The translations under genes and the position numbers were made by a program. Shown piece by piece: positions 1 to 7,917 of a stretch of DNA of 27,612 nucleotides. Origin of the DNA: a virus (Duplodnaviria > Caudoviricetes). Every line of letters starts with the position of its first letter. The first letter of the stretch is position 1. The notes beneath the pieces are model-generated. The model did no database searches and was not told the origin of the DNA. It was given only the letters and a program-made list of their open reading frames with translations. The stretch covers positions 1 through 27,612 of IMG/VR virus record IMGVR_UViG_3300016474_000237; one strand, written 5' to 3'.

Positions 1-288
1 CTTGTTGCTTCTCGCTGAGATGATGAACACCTCTGCTCCTTTGGCGATATATTGCATGGCAACATCCATCACCTTGGTGAGTGTCTCATCATAGTCGAAT
101 GAGATGCGCTGAGGTTCTGCGAATGCTTGTCTGAACTTGCTGAGTGCTGTCATCTTAGACTCCTCCCATAGTGAGCTACAAACTGCGAAGCGTTGAGCTT
201 CATCAGGGAAGTCATTGAGTGCTTTTTCATCGCCCATGCAGCGAGATATGAACTCTTCTTTATTTTCGTTTGCGCTTGGCTGTGGCAT
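1..288 (-). CDS. Partial gene running off the left edge: N-terminal MPQP..EEFISRCM..QRFAVC domain followed by a HAD-like domain
   Basis: Not in the ORF track. Manual translation from ATG at 288 gives MPQPSANENKEEFISRCMGDEKALNDFPDEAQRFAVC...RISFDYDETLT...AEVFIISARSNK, open to the edge. FDYDET matches HAD motif I (DxDxT) and IISAR matches motif II. Confidence 0.65.
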   Translation of the reverse strand, partial: MPQPSANENKEEFISRCMGDEKALNDFPDEAQRFAVCSSLWEESKMTALSKFRQAFAEPQRISFDYDETLTKVMDVAMQYIAKGAEVFIISARSNK

Positions 289-541
289 TACTTGGTTTTT
301 TTCGTGTTGGTTTAGGTGTTGGTGCTGGTGCTTCGACCTGCTCATCTGCCTCGATGCCTTCATATCTGATTGGCTCAGGCACTGTTGTGGTCTCTGCTTC
401 CTTTTCGAACAGGTATCCGAATCCTATTGACACATAGTATCGGTACTTGCTCACATCTATGTTGTCAACAATGATGGTTTTGTTTCCGAGCGAGGTATTC
501 TTAACGATTGTCTTGCCTCGATATTCGTCTTTGATTTTCAT
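260..541 (-). CDS. Hypothetical phage protein with Pro/Lys-rich C-terminus
   Basis: 93-aa ORF overlapping both neighbours in a tightly packed operon. Confidence 0.7.
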   Translation of the reverse strand: MKIKDEYRGKTIVKNTSLGNKTIIVDNIDVSKYRYYVSIGFGYLFEKEAETTTVPEPIRYEGIEADEQVEAPAPTPKPTRKKPSNATAKRKRK

Positions 542-1055
542 GGTATATAGATTTCAGGTTGTTTTTTATATCTGCGATGAGGTAGTGTGCTGATGTATTT
601 GGAATCTTGAAATACTTCGCCATTGATCGTGCAGTGGTGTAGCCATCATCGAAATATGCTTTTGCAACAGTTATCTTCACATTGTCGGTGAGTGAATCTC
701 GGTAGATGTCCACACATGACTTCCATCCATGGTATTGTTGCTCGATGTTTATCTTGTCAAGTAGGTCAGTATCATCCACCATCAGGTCAGGTACGGTGAT
801 TTCACATGCAATGAGCATCTCTTGTCGATTGGTGTCGAGGTTCTGCCACATCACTTGTCTCTTGATTGAGTTCATCATGAGTCCCTTGACATCAGGTTCG
901 GGTCCAGGGTCCTGAATTGATACCACATGAAGGTATGCGTTGTTGATGACGACATCCGGATTGAGCCTTGGATTGTACTTAGAACAAAAAAACCGAGCGT
1001 ATCGAAATAGCTCGGCATAGTGCCTGGTGATATATCGGTCAAGAGATGCTTTCAT
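501..1055 (-). CDS. Sigma-70/ECF-like RNA polymerase sigma factor
   Basis: Region-2-like N-terminus (YITRHYAELFRYARFF...DVVINNAYL), region-4-like HTH at the C-terminus (YFDDGYTTARSMAKYFKIPNTSAHYLIADIKNNLK), 184 aa. Confidence 0.6.
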   Translation of the reverse strand: MKASLDRYITRHYAELFRYARFFCSKYNPRLNPDVVINNAYLHVVSIQDPGPEPDVKGLMMNSIKRQVMWQNLDTNRQEMLIACEITVPDLMVDDTDLLDKINIEQQYHGWKSCVDIYRDSLTDNVKITVAKAYFDDGYTTARSMAKYFKIPNTSAHYLIADIKNNLKSIYHENQRRISRQDNR

Positions 1056-1251
1056 ACCAATTCATGAAGTCCTTGTACCATATTTTGCGCCTCACCATGG
1101 AGCAGAAGCACTCTCGGTCAGGCTTTCCCTCGATTCGCTCCTTGATTTTCTTGAGTGGAATGAGTGCTTTCTTGCTGAAGCGGTGTGCATCATCCATCTC
1201 AATCACTTGAGAGATGTATTCGAGTTCGGTTTGTGTTAGTCCTGTATCCAT
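1039..1251 (-). CDS. Small hypothetical protein with CxC motif
   Basis: Likely start MDTGLTQ at 1251 (70 aa) rather than the track's 1347. Contains ECFCS and overlaps both neighbours. Confidence 0.65.
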   Translation of the reverse strand: MDTGLTQTELEYISQVIEMDDAHRFSKKALIPLKKIKERIEGKPDRECFCSMVRRKIWYKDFMNWYESIS

Positions 1252-1478
1252 TGAGTAATCAGATAAGCCACCATTGAGACGAGTGCTGCATGACCTATGT
1301 TGCCTGTGATGACCAAAGTAGTCCAAAATGAGGTACATTTCCAACAACCGAATGATGCGTGAACGTACTGCATGAATTTTGCCTCAAATTTCATGAAGAT
1401 TGAGTCAATCACCCAGTGCAATGGCTCGAATTTAGCGATGAGCCACCCTATGGCAAGACATATCAGCAGAGTTTCCAT
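1236..1478 (-). CDS. Small membrane protein with CxxC (DUF1360-like)
   Basis: Hydrophobic segments flanking HASFGCWKCTSFW. Confidence 0.6.
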   Translation of the reverse strand: METLLICLAIGWLIAKFEPLHWVIDSIFMKFEAKFMQYVHASFGCWKCTSFWTTLVITGNIGHAALVSMVAYLITQWIQD

Positions 1479-1579
1479 AGTTCAAAGATAGCGTAAATTG
1501 TTATATAGATACACACCATGCTAATCAGCGCAATGGTTGCGACTGCTGCACAGTATTCGTTGCGTTCGTTCTTGTTCAT
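1463..1579 (-). CDS. Small single-TM protein (38 aa)
   Basis: Below the track cutoff. MNKNERNEYCAAVATIALISMVCIYITIYAIFELWKLC*; ATGA overlap with the upstream gene and it fills the gap. Confidence 0.6.
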   Translation of the reverse strand: MNKNERNEYCAAVATIALISMVCIYITIYAIFELWKLC

Positions 1580-1803
1580 ATGTCAAAGGTTATGTCGTTA
1601 TCATTCATTGCGTCTCTGAGCATTTCTCGGCATTGGTTGTAGGTTTCTATTTCGCATTCAGTTGCCTCTCTGTTACCGATGTATCCGTGTTTTACTATGC
1701 CTCGCAGATTTTGGTCAAGTTTCCACAATGCGCCTTGCCATCTATCCGCATTCAATGCTTGGATTGCTTCCTGTTCGTTGTCGTATTCTATTGTTACTTT
1801 CAT
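1576..1803 (-). CDS. Hypothetical protein
   Basis: 75-aa ORF (MKVTIEYDNEQEA...) with coupled junctions. Confidence 0.7.
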   Translation of the reverse strand: MKVTIEYDNEQEAIQALNADRWQGALWKLDQNLRGIVKHGYIGNREATECEIETYNQCREMLRDAMNDNDITFDI

Positions 1804-2029
1804 CTTATTCTGATTTAAAGGTTTATTTTTTTTATATAACTTGTGCCAATACTTTCTTCAGTACCATCTAACATATAGTAATAAACTACACCATAATCAT
1901 TATCAACTTTATGAGTTGTAAATACTATAGGATGTCCTTCTTCCGACTTTTTAAACTGACAAACATCTCCTACTTGGTAGTTTGTTGATATTTCACTTGT
2001 TTCTACTGCTGTCATCTTATTCTGATTTA
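1800..2029. repeat. 18-bp direct repeat TCATCTTATTCTGATTTA at 1800-1817 and 2012-2029 flanking one gene
   Basis: Exact copies read from the sequence. On the minus strand this is TAAATCAGAATAAGATGA = stop + spacer + start. Confidence 0.9.
1815..2015 (-). CDS. Hypothetical protein (AT-rich cassette)
   Basis: 66-aa ORF between the 18-bp direct repeats, visibly more AT-rich than its neighbours. Confidence 0.65.
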   Translation of the reverse strand: MTAVETSEISTNYQVGDVCQFKKSEEGHPIVFTTHKVDNDYGVVYYYMLDGTEESIGTSYIKKINL

Positions 2030-2239
2030 TTCAGTTCGTGTTTTACTTGCTTCCTCCTTGAGCTTCTCAATATACAATGTCGCATCCATCAGTTCCTCCT
2101 GGAGATGATTGAGCCAATCAAGGAAGCTGAGGTCATCACGATCTAAAGTGCGACCATATTTCTTGATGCCTTGCTCACTGCGCTCATAATACTTTGCAAG
2201 TACTCTGAGAAGTATTGGGTCTTGGATTTGTTGATTCAT
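2027..2239 (-). CDS. Conserved phage protein, possible all-alpha NTP-pyrophosphohydrolase-like fold
   Basis: RSEQGIKKYGRTLDRDDL..DWLNHLQEELMDATLYIEKL; EExxD helical motif. Confidence 0.5.
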   Translation of the reverse strand: MNQQIQDPILLRVLAKYYERSEQGIKKYGRTLDRDDLSFLDWLNHLQEELMDATLYIEKLKEEASKTRTE

Positions 2240-2433
2240 TAGTTCAGACTTGAATATTGTTCATAAAATTCCTCAGCAGTCACCTCTGAGATGTGTACCT
2301 CATCGGAGAATGTTAGCACAATGCAAGTGTTGACGTTTGGCATCATGTTGAATAGGTCGTGAACTCTTGCAACCAGCTTGTCCAGGTTGTCATTGTGTGT
2401 GCCAATATAGGCGATGAAGTACTTTGGTTTCAT
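2239..2433 (-). CDS. Hypothetical protein
   Basis: 64-aa ORF with TAATG coupling to the next gene. Confidence 0.65.
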   Translation of the reverse strand: MKPKYFIAYIGTHNDNLDKLVARVHDLFNMMPNVNTCIVLTFSDEVHISEVTAEEFYEQYSSLN

Positions 2434-2437
2434 TCCT

Positions 2438-2650
2438 TTAGGATTTCATAAGGTATTTGAATGCTTGAATGTAGAACTCCTCACCAACCGAATCACCTTT
2501 CATGAATCGGTATAGCATTGAGTAGTTCACTCCCATATCCTCAGCCATGTGAGTCATCTTGTATCTCCTGACGAGCAGGGACTCCAACTCTTTGCGGATG
2601 AAGTCCCTGATATTTTCGCCATCAGAAAGGTAGATTGTCATCGATTTCAT
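2438..2650 (-). CDS. Putative HTH DNA-binding protein
   Basis: KMTHMAEDMGVNYSMLYRFMKG resembles an XRE/Cro-type HTH. The start may be MTIYL at 2641. Confidence 0.55.
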   Translation of the reverse strand: MKSMTIYLSDGENIRDFIRKELESLLVRRYKMTHMAEDMGVNYSMLYRFMKGDSVGEEFYIQAFKYLMKS

Positions 2651-2942
2651 CGGTAACTGGTTTAAGTCCTGACTTGGATTCGATGCGGATGTCCCATGCG
2701 TTCAATGACACATAATACTTCCCATTGTACTCACGACCTCTGAGGTCAAACTTCACCTCACATTCCTGACCTGGCTTGGCACCATCCAAGAACTTCACTC
2801 GCTCATTCACTGCTTGGAACTGTACCAACTGAGGATATTTGTCTCCGATGCTGAGAACAAACTCTCTGATGTTCATCTTCTCGCTTACTTGTTTGGCTTC
2901 ACCGATGCGGATGATTGTGCCTTTTGTTTTTAACTCTTCCAT
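2622..2942 (-). CDS. Single-stranded DNA-binding protein (DUF3127-like)
   Basis: OB-fold-like with REFVL..KYPQLVQF..VKFDLRGREYNGKYYVSLNAW and an acidic SSB tail DDNLPF. Confidence 0.8.
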   Translation of the reverse strand: MEELKTKGTIIRIGEAKQVSEKMNIREFVLSIGDKYPQLVQFQAVNERVKFLDGAKPGQECEVKFDLRGREYNGKYYVSLNAWDIRIESKSGLKPVTDEIDDNLPF

Positions 2943-2943
2943 G

Positions 2944-3561
2944 TTATTTATTTATTAGTTGTTGAAAATACTCGTCATAGTACTCAGATGCTTGTTTCAA
3001 TCGCTCAATCATCTGAATCTCTTTGTCCTCATCTCGGTCCCACCATAGGACAGTGATTCGTTTCTCCGGGTCAATGTGGTCGACTCGGTGCAGTTGTAGG
3101 TTCTCCCATTCATTGAGGTACTCATCCCAAGTGGTCACCATGCAGTATACCAATTCAGCCATTCCACGATCATACAACATCATGTATGCTCTAAGCTGCC
3201 ACTCGTATTGAGAGTTATATCCTTCCTCAGGTGTAGCTGGGAACGTATCCAATGACCACGATGTTTTGATATCAATGATTTTGTTGTCCAGTACGATATC
3301 AGCTGTGCCGATGAGGTAGTCATTCTCCATGGTCACCTCATTCTTTCGGTAGTCAGTGAATCGAACTGCATTGAGTAGGGAGATGGATTCAAGTTCCTGC
3401 TCCCTACCTTTGAAGATATACTTATTGTTGAGTTCAGTAGTGTAGTTATAGAAGTCCTCCTTTGCACACTGTCTGATGTAGCTCTTGGCTGTCTCACCCA
3501 TTTCTGACTTCCCCCTTCCGTTTGTCATCAGCTTCCCGATTTGCGATGGATGCCATTTCAT
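2944..3561 (-). CDS. YqaJ/lambda-exonuclease-like PD-(D/E)XK nuclease
   Basis: HPSQIGKLM, KGREQE, GTADIV..IIDIKTSW, YEWQLRAYMML; lies between an ERF recombinase and an SSB. Confidence 0.8.
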   Translation of the reverse strand: MKWHPSQIGKLMTNGRGKSEMGETAKSYIRQCAKEDFYNYTTELNNKYIFKGREQELESISLLNAVRFTDYRKNEVTMENDYLIGTADIVLDNKIIDIKTSWSLDTFPATPEEGYNSQYEWQLRAYMMLYDRGMAELVYCMVTTWDEYLNEWENLQLHRVDHIDPEKRITVLWWDRDEDKEIQMIERLKQASEYYDEYFQQLINK

Positions 3562-4097
3562 AGGTTCAATGCTTTGAGTTGGACTTCAGTAAGTGCATAG
3601 TTAGCAACCAACTGCTCTGCTGTGTACTTGCCATTGGCGATTGATTCAAGTGCTTTCTCAAATCGAGCATTGTCAATCTTTGGCTTCCCTGTTGCTGCCG
3701 ATGCTGCTGTATTGCCATCATCATCAACTGCCTGAAGTGAGAGAAGTGATTGAATGGTACCTCGTCTGAAGTAGGTAACTGCCGCCAGTACTTTCTGAGG
3801 GTCAACGATTGGAGGTAAACTCATGAATGACTCAATCTGCTCTCCTGATTCGATATCGATGATACGAGTCACCACATCATTTCCAACCACAGGCTGCAAC
3901 AATAGCAGTCCATGTTCGTGAAGGATTGGCTCCACCGTATCAAGCAGAGCATTGATATCAGCATACGAGTTCTTGAAGTGTGGATTCTTTGCATTCTTGG
4001 ACACCTTGCCAATCTGCTGCTTGGCAGCGTGTAGCTTCTGCCAAATGTTTAGGGTTAGCATCTCTGCACCCTCTGCTTTTTTCCTTGTTGTTGTCAT
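3558..4097 (-). CDS. erf: ERF-family ssDNA annealing recombinase
   Basis: KNAKNPHFKNSYADI...DPQKVLAAVTYFRRGTIQSLLSLQAVDDDG, the ERF signature. Confidence 0.85.
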   Translation of the reverse strand: MTTTRKKAEGAEMLTLNIWQKLHAAKQQIGKVSKNAKNPHFKNSYADINALLDTVEPILHEHGLLLLQPVVGNDVVTRIIDIESGEQIESFMSLPPIVDPQKVLAAVTYFRRGTIQSLLSLQAVDDDGNTAASAATGKPKIDNARFEKALESIANGKYTAEQLVANYALTEVQLKALNL

Positions 4098-4129
4098 AAT
4101 TGTATGTATTTGATTGTAAATATAAAACT

Positions 4130-4588
4130 TTATTTGATTGCTTGTGTAAATTCATCATAAAATTTCAGCATATCTGCAAAAGTTTTCACGATGATGTATG
4201 TGCCACCGGCTTCCTCAATGGCTTTTTGGTATTCCTTTTGTGCCTGAGATTGCCTATCCTTGCCATACTTGACTTCAATCTTCACACTTCTGCCCTTGAT
4301 CGTGGCAGAGATATCTGCTGAGCCTGGTGTTCCGGTTCCCTTGGTCCACTGACCACCAATGGCAACACCATCAGTGCGGTATTTTTTGCGATACACACCC
4401 ATTGTATTGATTCGCTCGGCTTGGCATCCATTGAACTGGAGGAATGCAATCACCGACTTGGTGAGTTCATTCGCTGAGTTATCGTTCCAATGAGTCAGTG
4501 CAATCATCTCAGGCTTCATGTTAGGATATTTCGCCATCTTGTGCTTGAGTTGTAGGTCCTTGAGGATTTGTCTTTCTTGTCTTGTCAT
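4130..4588 (-). CDS. VRR-NUC-like nuclease / Holliday junction resolvase
   Basis: GSADI...KIEVKYGKDRQSQAQKEYQKAIEEAGGTYIIV. Confidence 0.75.
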   Translation of the reverse strand: MTRQERQILKDLQLKHKMAKYPNMKPEMIALTHWNDNSANELTKSVIAFLQFNGCQAERINTMGVYRKKYRTDGVAIGGQWTKGTGTPGSADISATIKGRSVKIEVKYGKDRQSQAQKEYQKAIEEAGGTYIIVKTFADMLKFYDEFTQAIK

Positions 4589-4764
4589 TTTTTATCTTCT
4601 AAATTATATAAATACTTGATGATACCTCTGAATGTCCAAGTAGCAAGTACATTGTTTTCATAGGTAGTTGTGATTCTTTCATCCCAAATTGGAAGTTCTT
4701 TTTTGTTTTCGATTTTATCTTGCAGATAGTTATGTAAAATATCTCTTGCCAACTCTTCCGTCAT
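4585..4764 (-). CDS. Hypothetical protein (59 aa)
   Basis: Below the track cutoff. MTEELARDILHNYLQDK...YLYNLEDKK*; ATGA overlaps at both ends. Confidence 0.65.
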   Translation of the reverse strand: MTEELARDILHNYLQDKIENKKELPIWDERITTTYENNVLATWTFRGIIKYLYNLEDKK

Positions 4765-7160
4765 ATATTTTTAGCTTTATCATTTAACTCATCCCACACA
4801 TCACCATCAGTCGGTGGGGTTGACTGTTCTCCTTCCAATTCGAAGTATCTTCCGTTGTGGTTCCTTCCCTTGGTCATCTTGTATCCTTTAAAGTCAGCAT
4901 ACGCCTGAACCCATTTAAGGAATCTGCGTGGCTCCAGGTCCTTGAATCCTGTGAACTCAGATGTGAACTCTTGCAACTTTGCTGAGTTGTAGTGGTAAAC
5001 TGATGTCTGAAGATTGCCTTCCTCAACCCAATCAAAGAAGTCCTTGCAAGTCGCCTGAATGAATCTCTTGGCATCTGCGTTGATGCTGATTGATTTTACG
5101 AGTCCGAATTGTAGATAATTCTGAAGGCATCCAATCATGTAGTTGTCGAATCTGAGCCAGTCATTCTCACCCCATGAGTCAAACAGCAATCGACCATACT
5201 CATCGAGTGGACTGCGCTTGGCATGGAAGTACTGAAAGAACTCCAATTCATGTCTTCTGCGATCGTGAGATGACCCAGCACCACTGATGACATAGTTGGT
5301 GGTGATGACAATCTTTGGTGAGCGGTCAAATGGAATGAAGATTTCATCCTTGTTCTTGCGGTTCACAGTGATTCCCTCGGTGATTAGACTGAACAGCTGC
5401 TCGAAATCGAAGTTTCTGCGCACATCATCGAATGCAAGTATCTGAGTATCGAGATTCACTCGCTGATAAACGAAATCGGACTTACTTGGATTGAAGCTCT
5501 TGCCATCTATCTTGACAATTTTGCGCAGATTGCCTATGGCTGTCAACATCAGCGACTTCCCTGAGCCTCCATTCGGGTTGTCATCAATCTCTTGGTCATT
5601 GAATATGATGGCTTTTTGGTCAGTTTTATCTTTGTATGTATGAATGAGGTAGCCGAGTGTGGTTTCAAGCGCTGAGATGCGCTGAGAATCGTCCGCTGAT
5701 ACCTTGCTAACAAAGTTTTGGAAGTCATTTGTTGGGTCTTCCATCAACTTGAAGTCACGTTGTATGATTTGATTCTCCCAAATATAGCCATCCACATCGA
5801 TGTATGACATCAATTCGACTGCATCCTTGGTCACCTTGGCCACTCCATTCTTGTATGGAATGAATGAGGCATCCTTTGTATCCTGTAGCATTAGGATATT
5901 GATGCTGTCAATCATATTGAGGAATGATTCAGTAAACAAAAACGTTGACTTTGAGCAGTAGTTCCATACATCGAGTTCTTGCTTGTCCATTAGATAGCTA
6001 AGGACAAAGTCCTTAATCTGCTCAGTGCTGGAGATTCTAACCTTGTTCTCAATCACTCTGACAAAGGTAGGCTTCTCTGCATTCTCGGGATAGTACTTGT
6101 TGAATCCATTCTTTACCAAGAACTCAGAGTACTTGAGTGGCTCGATGCTCACTGCACCCTTGTCATTCTTTGACCAAAAAATGTCATCACCTGTCTTGAT
6201 TTCTTTCTTGACATCCTCAACCACATCACTTCTCACATTGAGTTGTTTCTTGATATCCTCCTCAGGGATGCCACTCTTGAGCTTCTGCTTGATTTTCTGA
6301 AAGGTATCTTTATCCTCAAAATACTTCATTCCGAATGTGGCTTTCTTGTATGCACTTCTGATGGTGGTGACCATCTCTTGCTCTGAGAATGATGAGCCTT
6401 GACAGTACTTGGTCCAAATATACTGCTCAGCGGTGTCCTTGTGGATGCCATACTCGCAGAGTACAGCTGCCAATTTGAACACAAACTCATTGCGACTGCC
6501 CTCAACGAACTCACAGCCATGGTCGAAGCGTTCAATCAGGCTGATTATTTTATCCTCATCATTGAGTACACAGGTTGGTGTGCGCTCAGTGTAGTTGAAT
6601 CCTTGATCGTGTTCAATGCCGTTGAACTCTTGGCAGAACTCATTGAAGTAAATCTTCGGGTCATAGGATTCGAAGCATACTCGACTCACATTTGAGTTCT
6701 TATGGTCGAAGTATTCTGATTGGAAGTACTTGCCAAATGCAGTGAATCTGCGCTTGTGTTCAACCTTGTCGCATTTTGGGATTCGGATGACTGCCTTCAA
6801 CCCATTGCCTGATGGGGATGTGAACACCATCATCACATGAGGGTCATCGATGAGACGCTGTCTCTCGGCATCCATCACTTTCTTGCTTGGATATTGGTCA
6901 AAGTCCAGGATGCACAATCCACTGTGTTCAACCAAGCTGTTGTCATTGCGCTCGGTGAAGATGCCATTGAACATGATTGCATTAAGTGATGATTTGAGGC
7001 GGTCATGCTCCGGGTCTGACTTCTCCAGTGAGCGGATTGCATTGATTTTGCGTATCAAGTCAGGTGTTCCGTTCTTGATTCGGTTGTGTACCTCATAAAT
7101 ACTCAGTGAGTATGGTGTTTCCTTTGAGGCGAATAGGTTTCTAAATACTGAAAATTTCAT
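4761..7160 (-). CDS. Primase-helicase (BT4734/VirE-N-type primase + primase C-terminal domain + P-loop helicase)
   Basis: HSGLCILDFD, FTSPSGNGLK, RVCFESYDP (primase); EGSRNEFVFKLA (PriCT-like); Walker A GGSGKS, Walker B LAFDD, IVITTN. Confidence 0.85.
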   Translation of the reverse strand: MKFSVFRNLFASKETPYSLSIYEVHNRIKNGTPDLIRKINAIRSLEKSDPEHDRLKSSLNAIMFNGIFTERNDNSLVEHSGLCILDFDQYPSKKVMDAERQRLIDDPHVMMVFTSPSGNGLKAVIRIPKCDKVEHKRRFTAFGKYFQSEYFDHKNSNVSRVCFESYDPKIYFNEFCQEFNGIEHDQGFNYTERTPTCVLNDEDKIISLIERFDHGCEFVEGSRNEFVFKLAAVLCEYGIHKDTAEQYIWTKYCQGSSFSEQEMVTTIRSAYKKATFGMKYFEDKDTFQKIKQKLKSGIPEEDIKKQLNVRSDVVEDVKKEIKTGDDIFWSKNDKGAVSIEPLKYSEFLVKNGFNKYYPENAEKPTFVRVIENKVRISSTEQIKDFVLSYLMDKQELDVWNYCSKSTFLFTESFLNMIDSINILMLQDTKDASFIPYKNGVAKVTKDAVELMSYIDVDGYIWENQIIQRDFKLMEDPTNDFQNFVSKVSADDSQRISALETTLGYLIHTYKDKTDQKAIIFNDQEIDDNPNGGSGKSLMLTAIGNLRKIVKIDGKSFNPSKSDFVYQRVNLDTQILAFDDVRRNFDFEQLFSLITEGITVNRKNKDEIFIPFDRSPKIVITTNYVISGAGSSHDRRRHELEFFQYFHAKRSPLDEYGRLLFDSWGENDWLRFDNYMIGCLQNYLQFGLVKSISINADAKRFIQATCKDFFDWVEEGNLQTSVYHYNSAKLQEFTSEFTGFKDLEPRRFLKWVQAYADFKGYKMTKGRNHNGRYFELEGEQSTPPTDGDVWDELNDKAKNI

Positions 7161-7161
7161 T

Positions 7162-7560
7162 TTAAAGTGGTTTTTGAATGTGTTTGTTTTTTTCTGCTTC
7201 TAATCTTTTCAATCTAATCATCTCACCATACTCTTCGAAAGTCATGCTTCTGACTTGATTTTTCATATTCTCTTTACGAGTAACCCATCTTAAATTCTCA
7301 AGACGGTTGTCATCTCTTACTCTATTGATGTGGTCGCATTGCCTACCTTTTGGATGACCTTCAAATGCCCACAAAACTAATCTGTGTACAAGTTTTAGAT
7401 TGTTTGCTCCGCATTGCCTTAAATTCACAAAGAGATATCCACCACGATTGTATGCTTGTTTTAGAATTTTCTCTTTTTTATTTTGTAAAGATTTTACTCT
7501 ACCAAAATTACTCACCTGGTACTTAAGGAATCCAGGTACTTCCTTCCAAATTTCTTCCAT
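7162..7560 (-). CDS. NUMOD4-HNH homing endonuclease
   Basis: Likely start MEEIWKEVPG at 7560; YQVSNFGRVKS (NUMOD4), VHRLVLWAF, DHINRVRDDNRLENLRWVTRKEN (HNH). Confidence 0.9.
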   Translation of the reverse strand: MEEIWKEVPGFLKYQVSNFGRVKSLQNKKEKILKQAYNRGGYLFVNLRQCGANNLKLVHRLVLWAFEGHPKGRQCDHINRVRDDNRLENLRWVTRKENMKNQVRSMTFEEYGEMIRLKRLEAEKNKHIQKPL

Positions 7561-7671
7561 TATGTCGAAGTTTAATGAACAAAAAACCCCTGTAAATCCA
7601 TAGCCTTCGACCTCTACTTCATTACAAGGGTTCAATAATACCTTTAGGCTTTATGATGTCGAAGGAAGCCT
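7561..7671 (-). promoter_or_regulatory. Structured 5' leader: two hairpins with complementary loops, a U-tract, and a third copy of the pairing sequence next to the ATG
   Basis: Stem AGGCTT/AAGCCT (7646-7671); stem AACCCTTGTAA/TTACAGGGGTT (7585-7632) followed by a T-run; CTTCGACAT at 7656-7664 and 7562-7570; GTCGAAGG at 7604-7611. Confidence 0.6.
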
Positions 7672-7674
7672 GTA

Positions 7675-7682
7675 CAAAAATA
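7675..7682 (-). promoter_or_regulatory. Bacteroidota -7 promoter element TATTTTTG (TAnnTTTG)
   Basis: Exact consensus match immediately upstream of the leader hairpin; no perfect -33 TTTG seen. Confidence 0.6.
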
Positions 7683-7689
7683 AACGTAT

Positions 7690-7917
7690 TTGGATGACAA
7701 TAGTTGCATTTGTTGATATCTTTAATAAATGTGAATAAATCCATGACGCTGTGACAAAAGTGATACTTTCATTGTCATATGTTAAATACTTGATTTATTG
7801 GTTTTTACAAAAAAGCGTGACGCTGACAGTCCAAAAATTTTGGGGTCCCATAAATTCAAACACAACTTTTGTAAAAAAGAGATAAGGCGTTCCGTCATTT
7901 TGTCATTGCGTCACAGC
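7690..7917. other. Putative replication origin
   Basis: Largely non-coding, AT-rich, upstream of the primase-helicase; clustered TGAC(GC)/GTCA motifs and inverted repeats. Confidence 0.45.

Noticed and set aside
1296-1304. TATGTTGCC, a partial match to the late motif
   Set aside because: It lies inside a gene, has a mismatch, lacks the AACAAAT box and has no adjacent ATG.
4169-4181. 13-bp match CATATCTGCAAAA shared with the early promoter region (10697-10709)
   Set aside because: It is inside a coding sequence and has no properly spaced TAnnTTTG, so it may be chance.
7561-7635. N-terminal extension of the HNH ORF given in the track
   Set aside because: NUMOD4 proteins typically start near EIWK, and this stretch is better explained as a structured leader.
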